A stretch of 64,000 bases of DNA from an uncultured Gammaproteobacteria bacterium (GTDB taxonomy: Bacteria > Patescibacteriota > Microgenomatia > CAZTEW01), in NCBI GenBank assembly GCA_964612215.1, contig CAZTEW010000001.1, forward strand, positions 12,432-76,431, in the 5' to 3' direction. Shown piece after piece: positions 9,869 through 20,080 of the stretch. The notes beneath the pieces were generated by a model. The model was not told the DNA's origin, searched no databases, and saw only the letters and a program-made list of their open reading frames with translations. The stretch's first letter is position 1; the number at the start of each line of letters is the position of its first letter. The position numbers and the translations under genes were made by a program.

Positions 9869-9928
9869 AGATAAATTCTATCATCTTCTTGTTTAATTCA
9901 CAACCAGAGGCTATACTAAAAATACAAA

Positions 9929-11647
9929 ATGGTTGCTAATTTCTTAGGTCGGCGGCAGACGAACATTTCTTCCGCTGCCGCCATTATCAGTTTAATGATT
10001 GCTTTTTCCCGAATTCTGGGCTTGATGCGCAATCGGGTTTTGGCCCATTTTTTCTCTTCCACCGAGCTGTCTCTTTATTTTGCCGCCTTTCGTTTGCCAG
10101 GGGCTGTTTTCGACATTTTAGTTTTCGGCGTCATTTCCGCCGCTTTTATTCCTACCTTTACTGCCTATCTGGCTAAAGATGAAGAAAAACAGGCCTGGCA
10201 AATTGCCAATGGAGTTTTAATTCTGGCGTTGCTGGTATTTTTAGTCCTCTCCGGCTTGATTTTTTTATTGGCGGCGCCTCTTTACCGCCGGATTATTCCT
10301 GGTTTTAGCCAGGAGCAAATTGACCAAGTGGTTTTCCTGGCCAGAATCTTAATTGTTTCCCAGGGATTTTTCCTGCTGTCTTACTTTTTGACCGGCATTT
10401 TGGAATCATGGCAGCGCTTTTTAGTGCCGGCGATTGCGCCGATTTTCTATAACCTGGGAATTATCGGCGGCACGGCTTTTTTGGCGCCGAAATTGGGATT
10501 AACAGGGTCGGTTTTAGGCGTCGTGGCCGGCGCTTTTTTTCATTTTATTATTCAATTGCCTCTAGCTTTCAACCTTGGCTTCCGGCCGCGGTTAATTTTT
10601 AATTTTTCCCAGCCCGGTTTGAAAAAGGTGGGTCGATTAGCCTGGCCGCGGATAATTGAGCTTTCTCTTTTAGAGCTGGCGAAAACCATTGAGCTTTTTT
10701 TTGCTTCTCTAGTTTCAGTCGGCGCCTATACTTGGTTGACTTTTGCCAATTCGCTGCAGCTCTTGCCGGTGGATCTTTTCGGCACCAGCTTGGCCAAAGC
10801 CACCCTACCGACCTTTTCTTCTTTAGCGGCCCGCGAGGAAAATGACCAGTTTAAAAAAGTTTTTCTTTCATCCTGGCAGCAAATTCTCTTTTTAACTTTG
10901 CCGGCGTCGGTTTTTCTGGTGGTTTTGCGGGTGCCGATCGTCCGGCTGGTTTTTGGTGCCGCCCGCTTTACCTGGGAATCAACTTTGGAGACCGGGTACA
11001 CTCTTTCGGTTTTTTGCCTGGCGATTTTTTCTCAGGCTTTAGTTTTACTGCTTAACCGCGCCTTTTATGCTTTTCAAGAAACAAAAACAGCCGTGAAAGT
11101 TTCGGTTTTTTCTACTTTAATCAATATTATTCTCAGCGGACTCTTGATCTTAATTTTAAAATTTCCCCTTTGGGGGCTGGCTTTGTCTTTTACCCTGGCT
11201 TCTTTATTGCAGTTTTTAATTCTTTTTCGGCTGCTGGCAAACAAACTGGGCGGCTTTAGCAAAGAAGAAACCCTAACTCCTTTTTTGAAGACCGCCTTAG
11301 CAGCTGTTGTTGCCGGCGGTCTGATGTTTTTTCTTTTGAAAATTTTTGACCGGTCGGTTTGGGATAAACGGCTGTCTTTTTTAAATTTTTTCGGCTTGAG
11401 ACTTTCCACCAGCCTGGAGAAATTCGTTCTCGATACCCGCTACACGACTAATCTCATATTATTAACGGCTTTAGTGGCCCTAGCAGGCGCCGGGGCTTAT
11501 TTAGGCTTAGCTTGGGTTTTGAAAATCAAGGCCTTAATGGTCTTTTTAAAAACCGATTACCGGCTGGCCGGAAGAAATTTCTTTAAAGAGCCAGACCGAG
11601 AAATAATAACAGCAACCCCGAAAGAAGGCTCAGAACCGTTGGTGTGA
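9929..11647 (+). CDS. murJ: lipid II flippase MurJ (MviN)
   Basis: SRILGLMRNRVLAHFF, AAFRLP, SAAFIP motifs; polytopic membrane protein. Confidence 0.92.
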   Translation: MVANFLGRRQTNISSAAAIISLMIAFSRILGLMRNRVLAHFFSSTELSLYFAAFRLPGAVFDILVFGVISAAFIPTFTAYLAKDEEKQAWQIANGVLILALLVFLVLSGLIFLLAAPLYRRIIPGFSQEQIDQVVFLARILIVSQGFFLLSYFLTGILESWQRFLVPAIAPIFYNLGIIGGTAFLAPKLGLTGSVLGVVAGAFFHFIIQLPLAFNLGFRPRLIFNFSQPGLKKVGRLAWPRIIELSLLELAKTIELFFASLVSVGAYTWLTFANSLQLLPVDLFGTSLAKATLPTFSSLAAREENDQFKKVFLSSWQQILFLTLPASVFLVVLRVPIVRLVFGAARFTWESTLETGYTLSVFCLAIFSQALVLLLNRAFYAFQETKTAVKVSVFSTLINIILSGLLILILKFPLWGLALSFTLASLLQFLILFRLLANKLGGFSKEETLTPFLKTALAAVVAGGLMFFLLKIFDRSVWDKRLSFLNFFGLRLSTSLEKFVLDTRYTTNLILLTALVALAGAGAYLGLAWVLKIKALMVFLKTDYRLAGRNFFKEPDREIITATPKEGSEPLV

Positions 11648-12686
11648 GAAAGCCGGTTGCCGGCAAGTCTTCAGCGTCGGCCACCGTGAAAGAGACCGAG
11701 TCAGTGGTGGTTTGGCCGCTGCTGTCAGTGGCAGTGACTGTGGCCGTATGGCTGCCGGTTTCCAATTCGCTGGGCGGCGTCCAAGACCAGTTGCCGGCCG
11801 CATCAGCATAGACCATGCCGGTGATCGGCGTTGATTGCACGGTGATGGTGATTTTCGCTCCGGGAGCCGCGGTGCCAGATAAAGTTGGCGGATTACTGCT
11901 GCTGGAAATACTGCTTAAGCTGACCGGATTACTGGAGGTTCCGCCACCAGAAGCGGTAGTCGGTGTTGCCGTCGGCGAGGCGCGAGTTGGCGTCGGCGTG
12001 TTAGTGGGTTCGCCAGCTGATTGAGTGGGTGTGGGAGTATTCGTTACTCCGGCTGATTCTGTCGGCGTGGCCGTGGCTTCTGGCGGTATGGTTGTTGGTG
12101 TCGCCGTGGCTGTTGCCCCACCGCCAATCGTGTAAGAGCCATTGCTCGTCGGCGTCAAAAGAATATCGACATTGTCAATCTTGCTTTGAATTTTGCTTTG
12201 TTGAGGATCGAAACTTAAAACCACCGGATTAACCGCCGGCACTTCATTAGCCACGAGATTAAAAGAAGCGAGTAAAGTATCGCTGGCAGCGGTAAAGCCT
12301 TCAGTGGTAATATTAGCGCAGGCGATATCAATTTCAACCTGACTGCCTGTTGGAGTAATGGTTTTCACCGGACACATCCAGTTGCCGCTCGTCAGAAAAG
12401 AAGGATTAATTTGTAGACTAGAAGCCGTTAGGTTGCCGCTCAACGGATAAGTAATCCGCACCGCAATCGAAGAAATGGGAATGCTGACTGGATTAAAATA
12501 GACGCTGACTGGAAATGATTGGCCGACTTCATAATTACCTGAAGCTGGCGAAAGAGAAACTAGGGCTGTGCCGCTTGGCGTCGAAGCTCTTTTTCTGATT
12601 TCCTGACGCTGTTTGACTAAATAAACCCCCAAAGGAATGGCGACAATGACCAAAATAATAAAGAGTAAAATGGCAATTTTTTTCAT
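11583..12686 (-). CDS. cohesin-like + PT linker + Ig-like surface protein with LPATG + TM
   Basis: TM-QEIRKRA, cohesin-like beta domain (LSPASGNYEVGQSFPVSV...LASFNL...LSFD...DIL), Ig-like GNWSWTP, LPATG. Confidence 0.7.
   Translation of the reverse strand: MKKIAILLFIILVIVAIPLGVYLVKQRQEIRKRASTPSGTALVSLSPASGNYEVGQSFPVSVYFNPVSIPISSIAVRITYPLSGNLTASSLQINPSFLTSGNWMCPVKTITPTGSQVEIDIACANITTEGFTAASDTLLASFNLVANEVPAVNPVVLSFDPQQSKIQSKIDNVDILLTPTSNGSYTIGGGATATATPTTIPPEATATPTESAGVTNTPTPTQSAGEPTNTPTPTRASPTATPTTASGGGTSSNPVSLSSISSSSNPPTLSGTAAPGAKITITVQSTPITGMVYADAAGNWSWTPPSELETGSHTATVTATDSSGQTTTDSVSFTVADAEDLPATGFLTPTVLSLLSGLLLLFLGLAL
12211..12605. repeat. 395-bp direct repeat, copy 1 (cohesin-like domain DNA)
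   Basis: Identical by eye to 14225-14619; encoded peptides are identical. Confidence 0.9.
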
Positions 12687-12689
12687 CGT

Positions 12690-13307
12690 TTATTTAATTT
12701 GGTAAATGCCTGTTAGAAAATTAAGCTTTACTTTTTGGTTATCTTTAGTTGTTAATTTAGTCTGTTGAGGATCAAAAGCTAGGATTAAATTTTCAATCGC
12801 CGCTTCGGCCGTCAATTCAATTGTGCCTAAAATATCTTCTCCGTTTAGTTGAAAACCAGTCAGGGTTGGGTTAACAGCCGCTAATTCAAGATTAACAGTT
12901 TTATTTTGCCAGTCAACCCAAACTTTATTGATTGGGTAGATCCAGCCCTGTTGCTGCCAGTCAGAATTAGGTTGAATTTTAGTGCTTTGGGGTTGTAAAG
13001 GCGGGATTTTATCAAAAGGATAACTTAAGTGAAGAGCAATGCCAGAAAGAGAAAGATTTTGACCGGTTAGTCTGATCTCCAAAGATAGGTTTTGATCAAC
13101 CACTAATTGACTGTTTTGAGGAACAAGAAAGAGACTGGCTTGAGTTTCTGTCGTCATTTGCTTTTCCGGCAAACTAGATTCCGTGACTGCTTGGTGGAAA
13201 GCTGGATTTTTTGTTCTCTGCAGATTGAGAAAAACTAGCCAGCTGCCTATCACTAATAAAATGATTAGACCAAATAAAAACAACTTTTTCATTTTATTGA
13301 TCTCCAA
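12690..13307 (-). CDS. TM-anchored cohesin-like domain protein
   Basis: SLFLVP...LSLEI...LGTIEL...LAFDPQQTKL pattern parallels the neighbouring cohesin-like domains. Confidence 0.55.
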   Translation of the reverse strand: MEINKMKKLFLFGLIILLVIGSWLVFLNLQRTKNPAFHQAVTESSLPEKQMTTETQASLFLVPQNSQLVVDQNLSLEIRLTGQNLSLSGIALHLSYPFDKIPPLQPQSTKIQPNSDWQQQGWIYPINKVWVDWQNKTVNLELAAVNPTLTGFQLNGEDILGTIELTAEAAIENLILAFDPQQTKLTTKDNQKVKLNFLTGIYQIK

Positions 13308-14712
13308 GTACAGTCAAGGCAGTATAGTTTAATAAAACAGCAGAGATATCATCAATTTCGATGAAACTATTAGCATTGACATCAAATTGCTGATTACTAG
13401 CGCTAACCGGCACTGATAGAGCCGTGTAAACGCCAATAACGGCGCCTACGTCATCAATGTCAAGCTGATTATCATTATTAAAGTCGCCGCTCTTAACTTC
13501 AATTGAATTCCAAGAAGCAGAGGCCTGATTATTGCTGGCTGTGAGAGTGATGTTGCCAAGTTTTTTTTGTAAATGACCGTTATCTTTAACAAGAACTTCA
13601 ACATTAACGCCACCAGCAGGGAAAGAGAGATTGGCCAGAGAAATAGGATTAACAGGTGCAAAAGAACTATGAGCGCCGCTTTGACAAATAACACTGGGAT
13701 AAACTTGACCAGACGGTCCTTTAAGAGTTACCCGGATAGATTTAGAAATTCCTTGTTGATTGATTCCTTGCATTCTGAAACCAAAAGAGAGCGTGGGAGC
13801 GTTAGTCGTGGCTTCAGCAATATTTGACAAATTAGAAATGTTGCCCGCAGTATCAATAGATTTAATGGCAAAATAGTATTTTGTTCCGGGATTAAGTCCA
13901 GAAACAGTAAATGTTTCAGCTTTTCCAGGGTTGCCTGGGATTGGTAATCCACTCACTGGTGTAGCGCTAGACCAATTAGTGTTAGTAATCACTGAAGTAG
14001 AATAGCGCAGGTCGTAAAGGTTGGCTTTTCCAGCTGGTCCTGCGTCAGCGGGAGCGGTCCAAGACAAACTTAAGGAGTTAAAGGAGACGTTAGTTATATT
14101 CAGATTAGTGATGGCGGCTGGCGGTGTCAAGTCTAGGTTAATTGTATATGAAGCAGCGGCTGGCGGTGTTAAGAGAATGTCTTGATTTTGAGCTTTGCTC
14201 ATGATTTTACTGGCGGCTGGATCAAAACTTAAAACCACCGGATTAACCGCCGGCACTTCATTAGCCACGAGATTAAAAGAAGCGAGTAAAGTATCGCTGG
14301 CAGCGGTAAAGCCTTCAGTGGTAATATTAGCGCAGGCGATATCAATTTCAACCTGACTGCCTGTTGGAGTAATGGTTTTCACCGGACACATCCAGTTGCC
14401 GCTCGTCAGAAAAGAAGGATTAATTTGTAGACTAGAAGCCGTTAGGTTGCCGCTCAACGGATAAGTAATCCGCACCGCAATCGAAGAAATGGGAATGCTG
14501 ACTGGATTAAAATAGACGCTGACTGGAAATGATTGGCCGACTTCATAATTACCTGAAGCTGGCGAAAGAGAAACTAGGGCTGTGCCGCTTGGCGTCGAAG
14601 CTCTTTTTCTGATTTCCTGCTTTTCTTGAGTAAGTTGAGAAGCAACAACCAAACCAATGATTAAAATTAAAAGAAAGAAAAAACCCAAAAGATATTTTTT
14701 CATTTTATTCAT
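13294..14712 (-). CDS. cohesin-like + FN3 + C-terminal dockerin-like protein
   Basis: FN3 (LSWTAP...YDLRYS...GLNPGTKYYFAIKS); paired Ca-binding loops GDFNNDNQLDIDD and FDVNANSFIEIDD. Confidence 0.75.
   Translation of the reverse strand: MNKMKKYLLGFFFLLILIIGLVVASQLTQEKQEIRKRASTPSGTALVSLSPASGNYEVGQSFPVSVYFNPVSIPISSIAVRITYPLSGNLTASSLQINPSFLTSGNWMCPVKTITPTGSQVEIDIACANITTEGFTAASDTLLASFNLVANEVPAVNPVVLSFDPAASKIMSKAQNQDILLTPPAAASYTINLDLTPPAAITNLNITNVSFNSLSLSWTAPADAGPAGKANLYDLRYSTSVITNTNWSSATPVSGLPIPGNPGKAETFTVSGLNPGTKYYFAIKSIDTAGNISNLSNIAEATTNAPTLSFGFRMQGINQQGISKSIRVTLKGPSGQVYPSVICQSGAHSSFAPVNPISLANLSFPAGGVNVEVLVKDNGHLQKKLGNITLTASNNQASASWNSIEVKSGDFNNDNQLDIDDVGAVIGVYTALSVPVSASNQQFDVNANSFIEIDDISAVLLNYTALTVLGDQ
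14225..14619. repeat. 395-bp direct repeat, copy 2
   Basis: Identical by eye to 12211-12605. Confidence 0.9.
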
Positions 14713-15982
14713 CGCCAGGTATCACTAAAGCAGTATAATTTAATAAAATGCCAGAAACATCAGTGATATCAATCATATTATCACCATTAATATCAAATTG
14801 TCGAGTGCTGCCGCTCACCGGGACCGATAGAGCGGTGTAAACGCCAATGATGGCGCCAACATCGTCAATTGCAAGCTCGTTGTTGTTATTAAAATCACCG
14901 GCTTTGAGGATTTGTTCGGGCGCGTTGAGGAGAGCGGCTTGGCCGGCGGCGAGCTCGACTTGGCCGAGATTTTTTTGCAAATGAGCCCAGCCTTTGACGA
15001 AAACAGTATAAGCGCCGGGGTCAAGGTTATGGAGAGTGCCGACATAGACGCCGCTGCCGTCGTGACCGAACTCAAAATTATCAAAAATCTGATCGTTGCC
15101 ACTATTTGGTCGAAGAGTGACTTTAGCTGTTTTTACTCCTTTATCGCCATCAATGCCCTGAAATTTGATTTTAATCGTTAAATTGCCTTTTTGCGGTTCC
15201 TGGGTAGGCGTTGGGCTGGGAATTGGCGTGTTGGTCGGTGTCGGCGTGTTGGTCGGTACTGGCGTGGCGGTTGGGTTAGGCGTTGCTGTCGGCGTTGGTG
15301 TCGTTGTGGCGGTAGGCGTAGGTGTGTTCGTTGGTTCGCCGGCCGGAACAGCCTCAATGACAATCGCATCAGCGGTTCCCAAAATGTCTTCACCTGCCTG
15401 ACTAACAACATTGGTATCCGGCGTACTGCCTTGAATAACTGTTTCCTGGCAACTGGCATCAGCCGTACTGCGGAAGCAGAAACTAATCTTGCTGCTGCCT
15501 TCAGCCAGAGCTTTGAAAACAATAGTTGCTAAGGGATTGACGATGGTTTCAACAGGATCGGTAGCGCTATCAGCCATCCAATTAAAACCTAAAGCGCCAA
15601 AAGAAAGCATGCCGGTTTGATTGGCTTGAGCGATGACTGTGTCTTTATCAAAACTGCCATCTGCAAGAACCGGAGCAAAGGTTTTTAAGTTTGTGGTAAG
15701 GTTAGGCATAATATCCATTACTTGCAGTAAATTTTTATCAAAAGTTAATATGATATCAGCGGCAACGACACTTTGACCGCCAGGGTTAAGAATCAGATTA
15801 ACATCAAAATTGTTGCCAACTACTGGTTGAGTTTCGCCAGCTAAAACCAGTGCGGCGCTGTAGTTAACGGCTTTTTTTCTAATTTCTTGATGCTGCTGGA
15901 CAAGAATAGAAACAGTCACGAGAGCGGTTAAAAGCAGCAAAAAAGAAAAAATCGCCCACCAAGTTTTTCTGGTTATTTTCAT
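14705..15982 (-). CDS. cohesin-like + PT linker + C-terminal dockerin-like protein
   Basis: VGNNFDVNLIL...AADIILTFDKNLLQV cohesin pattern; GDFNNNNELAIDD and FDINGDNMIDITD loops. Confidence 0.78.
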   Translation of the reverse strand: MKITRKTWWAIFSFLLLLTALVTVSILVQQHQEIRKKAVNYSAALVLAGETQPVVGNNFDVNLILNPGGQSVVAADIILTFDKNLLQVMDIMPNLTTNLKTFAPVLADGSFDKDTVIAQANQTGMLSFGALGFNWMADSATDPVETIVNPLATIVFKALAEGSSKISFCFRSTADASCQETVIQGSTPDTNVVSQAGEDILGTADAIVIEAVPAGEPTNTPTPTATTTPTPTATPNPTATPVPTNTPTPTNTPIPSPTPTQEPQKGNLTIKIKFQGIDGDKGVKTAKVTLRPNSGNDQIFDNFEFGHDGSGVYVGTLHNLDPGAYTVFVKGWAHLQKNLGQVELAAGQAALLNAPEQILKAGDFNNNNELAIDDVGAIIGVYTALSVPVSGSTRQFDINGDNMIDITDVSGILLNYTALVIPGDE

Positions 15983-16030
15983 TTAATTTTCATCCTAAAG
16001 TAAAATTTGACTAAAGTCAACTCTTAGGAC

Positions 16031-16067
16031 TTGACAACAATTAGCAGTCGTGTTATGCTTCTGCTAA
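16031..16067 (+). promoter_or_regulatory. sigma70 promoter overlapped by CIRCE-like operator
   Basis: TTGACA(16031)-17 nt-TATGCT(16054) with extended TG; TTAGCAGTC-N9-TTCTGCTAA at 16041-16067. Confidence 0.85.
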
Positions 16068-16069
16068 AG

Positions 16070-16786
16070 ATGCTTGATGACCGACAGAGAAAGATTTTAG
16101 GCGCTATTATTCAAGAATACACTGAAACCGGCGAGCCGGTAGGCAGCGCCATTCTTGACAAAAAATATAATCTGGGAGTTTCGCCAGCCACCATCAGAAA
16201 CGAAATGGTGGTTTTGAAAAAAGAAGGTTATTTAGAGCAGCCCCACACTTCTGCCGGCCGAAGACCGACCGCCATGGCTTTCCGCTTTTACATCAAAGAA
16301 TTAATGAAAGAAAAGGAGCTTTCGGTGGGTGAAGAGGTAGCGGTTAAGGAAAGAGTCTGGGATTATCGCCGGGAGCCGGAAAAATTATTTCGGGAAATCG
16401 CTAAGGCTTTAGCGCAAAGAACCAAATCCTTGGCAGTAGTGATGACTGACAACGGCGATCTTTATCATGCCGGCTATGCCAACATTCTGGAGATTCCTGA
16501 ATTCTACGACATTGATGTTACCAAAAGCGTTCTTTCTCTTTTGGATGAAGCCAGCCAGTTGACTAGTCTTTTTGCCAAATCTTTAAGCGAAGAACCGATC
16601 CGGGTTTTAATCGGTAATGATTTCGGTCTAGAGGCGTTGTCGTCCTGCAGCCTAGTTTTTGCTGATTTTAAAACCGGACAGGACAAAAGCGGCAAAGTAG
16701 GTGTCATCGGCTCCTGCCGTTCTGATTTTGCCTATGTCATTCCGGTTCTAAGATACTTTGTTAATTTAATTAAAGAGATGGGTTGA
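16070..16786 (+). CDS. hrcA: heat-inducible transcription repressor HrcA (short form)
   Basis: LDDRQRKIL, PVGS, SPATIRNEM, QPHTSAGR motifs; start moved to ATG 16070. Confidence 0.92.
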   Translation: MLDDRQRKILGAIIQEYTETGEPVGSAILDKKYNLGVSPATIRNEMVVLKKEGYLEQPHTSAGRRPTAMAFRFYIKELMKEKELSVGEEVAVKERVWDYRREPEKLFREIAKALAQRTKSLAVVMTDNGDLYHAGYANILEIPEFYDIDVTKSVLSLLDEASQLTSLFAKSLSEEPIRVLIGNDFGLEALSSCSLVFADFKTGQDKSGKVGVIGSCRSDFAYVIPVLRYFVNLIKEMG

Positions 16787-17214
16787 TGATCGTGAAGAAA
16801 AAACAAAACCACCGCTTGGCTGATAAAGATTTGGAAAACAAATGGAAAAGAGCCCTGGCTGATTATGATAATTTGAGAAAACGAGTAGAAAAACAAAGGG
16901 GTGATTTGGTAAAGTTTGCCCATGCCGGCCTGGTTGATAAGCTTTTGCCGGTGCTTGACAGTTTGGAAAAATGTCGGCAACATATAAAAGACAAAGGTTT
17001 GGATTTAACCTGTGAACAGTTGCAAAAGGTTCTCGCCAGCGAAGGCTTAACGGAAATTAAAGCGCAGGATGAAGAGTTTGATCCGGAAAAAATGGATGCG
17101 GTGGAAATGGTCAGGGGTAAAAAAAACAAAGTGGTTGAAGTTGTTTTGAAAGGTTATAATTTAAATGGCCGGGTAATTCGACCGGCCAAAGTAAAAGTTG
17201 GTCAAGGAAATTAA
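16783..17214 (+). CDS. grpE: nucleotide exchange factor GrpE
   Basis: RALADYDNLRKR, LLPVLD, FDP, GYNLNGRVIRPAKVKV. Confidence 0.95.
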   Translation: MMIVKKKQNHRLADKDLENKWKRALADYDNLRKRVEKQRGDLVKFAHAGLVDKLLPVLDSLEKCRQHIKDKGLDLTCEQLQKVLASEGLTEIKAQDEEFDPEKMDAVEMVRGKKNKVVEVVLKGYNLNGRVIRPAKVKVGQGN

Positions 17215-19119
17215 ATGACAGACACTAAAAAAGAAAAAATCATCGGCATTGATTTAGGCACCACTAATTCCTGCGTGGCGGTGATGGAAGCTGGCCAGCC
17301 CAAGGTAATTCCGACTGCCGAAGGCGGCAATTTAATTCCTTCGGTGGTCGAGCCGGCTAAGGGCTTGGTCGGCCAAGTAGCCAAGCGCCAGATGATCATT
17401 AATCCCCAAAACACCATTTTTTCGATTAAAAGACTGATGGGTCGGCGCTTTAAAGACAAATCAGTGCAGCAGGATAAAGAATGGCTGCCTTATCAAATTG
17501 CGGCCGGCAAAAACAGCTTGGCTGTGATTGAGGTTGGCGCTAAACAATACACGCCTCAGGAAATTTCCGCCAAAATTCTGCAAAAAGCCAAAGCCGATGC
17601 CGAAGCGTATTTAGGCGAGAAAGTAAAAAAGGCAGTGATTACAGTGCCGGCCTATTTTGATGATTCCCAGCGCAAAGCCACCAAAGAAGCCGGTGAAATT
17701 GCCGGCTTAGAAGTGGTTAGAATTATTAATGAGCCGACGGCGGCCAGCTTGGCTTATGGTTTGGAAAGAAAGAAAGCGGAAACAATCGCGGTTTATGATC
17801 TGGGCGGCGGTACTTTTGATATCTCTATTCTCGAACTCGGCGAAGGCGTTTATGAAGTCAAGGCGACGAATGGCGATACTCATTTAGGCGGCGATGATTT
17901 TGACAAGCGGATTCTAGATTACCTGGCAGAAGAATTTAAAAAAGAGCACAGCGTTGATTTACGCAAAGACCCTCAGGCGTTACAGCGTTTGCGGGATGCG
18001 GCGGAAAAAGCGAAAATTGAACTTTCCAGCGCCCAGGAAAGCGAAATTAACCTACCGTTTATCACCCAAGGCGATTCCGGACCGCTGCATTTAACGCTTA
18101 AATTAAACCGGGCCAAACTGGAACAACTGGTTGACGATCTAATCGAGAAGTCAATGAAGCCGGTGGCATCATGTTTAAAGGATGCAAAATTAACAACCAA
18201 AGACATTGACGAAGTGATTTTGGTGGGCGGCCAGACCAGGATGCCGAAAATTCAGGCAATCGTCAAGAAGTTTTTCAACAAAGAACTGAACAAGAGTGTT
18301 AATCCGGACGAAGTGGTGGCGGTCGGTGCGGCCATTCAGGCCGGGGTTTTAGCCGGCGAAGTCAAAGAAGTTTTGCTGTTAGACGTGACGCCGTTAACTT
18401 TAGGCTTAGAAACTTTAGGCGGCGTCCGCACACCGCTGATTGAACGCAATACCACCGTGCCTACCTCCAAGTCTCAGATTTTTTCTACGGCCGCTGATAA
18501 CCAAACTCAGGTAGAAATTAATATTCTTCAGGGTGAAAGGGCGATGGCAGCGGATAATAAATCTCTCGGCCGCTTTATTTTGGCCGGCATTCCATCGGCG
18601 CCCCGGGGCGTACCGCAGATCGAAGTCATTTTTGACATCGATGCTAACGGTATCTTGAGCGTGACTGCCAAAGACAAGGCGACCGGCAAAGAGCAATCGA
18701 TTAAAATCACCGGTTCCACTGGCCTTTCTGACGATGAAGTCAAAAAAATGACTGAGGAGGCTGATCAATTCAGCGAGGACGACAGGCAGAAAAAAGAACT
18801 GGTGGAAGCGAAAAATACGGCGGATAACCTGTGTTATACCGCGGAAAAGACCCTGAAAGACGCCAGGGATAAAGTCAAAGAAGAAGACAAAAAGCAAATT
18901 GAAGAAGAAGTGAAAAAAGTCCGCGAGATTCTTGCTAAAGAAGGAGTTGGCAAAGAAGAAATTGAAGAGGCTGCCAAAATTCTGGGCGAGGAATTGCAGA
19001 AATTAGGCGCCTCAATGTATCAGCAATCAGCCGACCAGCCAGCGACGGGTCAATCAGAAACAGACCAGAAAGCCTCTCCAGACAAAGATAAAGCTGAAGA
19101 AGGCGAAGTGGTAGAGTAG
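17215..19119 (+). CDS. dnaK: chaperone DnaK
   Basis: [17 protein letters not shown] and other Hsp70 signatures. Confidence 0.98.
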   Translation: MTDTKKEKIIGIDLGTTNSCVAVMEAGQPKVIPTAEGGNLIPSVVEPAKGLVGQVAKRQMIINPQNTIFSIKRLMGRRFKDKSVQQDKEWLPYQIAAGKNSLAVIEVGAKQYTPQEISAKILQKAKADAEAYLGEKVKKAVITVPAYFDDSQRKATKEAGEIAGLEVVRIINEPTAASLAYGLERKKAETIAVYDLGGGTFDISILELGEGVYEVKATNGDTHLGGDDFDKRILDYLAEEFKKEHSVDLRKDPQALQRLRDAAEKAKIELSSAQESEINLPFITQGDSGPLHLTLKLNRAKLEQLVDDLIEKSMKPVASCLKDAKLTTKDIDEVILVGGQTRMPKIQAIVKKFFNKELNKSVNPDEVVAVGAAIQAGVLAGEVKEVLLLDVTPLTLGLETLGGVRTPLIERNTTVPTSKSQIFSTAADNQTQVEINILQGERAMAADNKSLGRFILAGIPSAPRGVPQIEVIFDIDANGILSVTAKDKATGKEQSIKITGSTGLSDDEVKKMTEEADQFSEDDRQKKELVEAKNTADNLCYTAEKTLKDARDKVKEEDKKQIEEEVKKVREILAKEGVGKEEIEEAAKILGEELQKLGASMYQQSADQPATGQSETDQKASPDKDKAEEGEVVE

Positions 19120-20001
19120 ATGCATGGCCCGAAAAGAGACCATTACGATGTTCTAGGAGTTGATCGAAAAGTCTCATCGGTCGAGATTAAGAAAGCTTAC
19201 CGCAAATTAGCGCTGCAATATCATCCGGATCGGAATAAGTCAGCCGACGCCGAGAAAAAATTCAAAGAGATTAACGAAGCCTACGAAATTCTTTCGGACG
19301 CCAAAAAGCGTCAGGTTTATGATCAGTTTGGTCATCGGGCCTTTACTGGTCCGGCTGGTTTTTCTGGCCAGAGTGATTTTACCTGGCCTTTCGGCGGCTT
19401 CAGCCGAACTTATCAATCCAGACCGTTTACCTATACGTATACGAGCCGGGGCGGTGAAAACGACGGCGGCTTTGGCGGCTTTTCCGATCCTTTTGAAATT
19501 TTTGAGGCTTTTTTCGGCGGGGCGTCGCCTTTCCGGCAGAGCCAGAGAATTCCCCGGATAGGCGTTACCTTGGATTTCATGGAAGCGGTTAAGGGCTGTG
19601 AAAAAGAAATCGAAATCGCAGGCAAAAGGAGACAGATTAAAATTCCGGCCGGCGTGGATGATAACACCCGCATTAAATTCAATGATTTTTATTTAGTCAT
19701 TAGGGTGCGGTCGGATAGGGTTTTCCGGCGGGAAGGGGTAAATTTGATTGTCAATCACGAAATTCCTTTTACTCTGGCGGCTCTGGGCGGCATCACTGAA
19801 GTACCGGGGATTGATAGGCCGATCAAAATTAAAATCAGGCCAGGTACTCAGCCGGGAACTTTAGTTCGGCTCCGCGGCCAAGGCGTCGCTTATCTCCGGT
19901 CTCGCCGCCGGGGCGACCAATACATCCGTTTGCTAATTACTATTCCTAAACGTCTTTCCCGCCGCCAGCGCCAGCTTCTCGAAGAATTTGAAAAAATTTG
20001 A
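19120..20001 (+). CDS. dnaJ: DnaJ-class co-chaperone lacking the Zn-finger (class B/CbpA-like)
   Basis: J domain with HPD, G/F region, C-terminal domain, no CxxCxGxG repeats. Confidence 0.88.
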   Translation: MHGPKRDHYDVLGVDRKVSSVEIKKAYRKLALQYHPDRNKSADAEKKFKEINEAYEILSDAKKRQVYDQFGHRAFTGPAGFSGQSDFTWPFGGFSRTYQSRPFTYTYTSRGGENDGGFGGFSDPFEIFEAFFGGASPFRQSQRIPRIGVTLDFMEAVKGCEKEIEIAGKRRQIKIPAGVDDNTRIKFNDFYLVIRVRSDRVFRREGVNLIVNHEIPFTLAALGGITEVPGIDRPIKIKIRPGTQPGTLVRLRGQGVAYLRSRRRGDQYIRLLITIPKRLSRRQRQLLEEFEKI

Positions 20002-20026
20002 CTTTCAGGCTGGCTCTTGCTATAAT
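19998..20026 (+). promoter_or_regulatory. sigma70 promoter
   Basis: TTGACT-17 nt-TATAAT. Confidence 0.7.
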
Positions 20027-20032
20027 CCTTTC

Positions 20033-20057
20033 AAATCCTCCTAAGTGAGGATTTTTT
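20033..20057 (+). terminator. intrinsic terminator-like hairpin
   Basis: AAATCCTC-CTAAGT-GAGGATTT followed by T run. Confidence 0.6.
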
Positions 20058-20080
20058 AATGGGGCTGATTAACCCCGACG

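Noticed and set aside
12211-14619. DGR template/variable repeat pair
   Set aside because: Copies show no adenine-specific mismatches, both are coding, and no reverse transcriptase is in the window.
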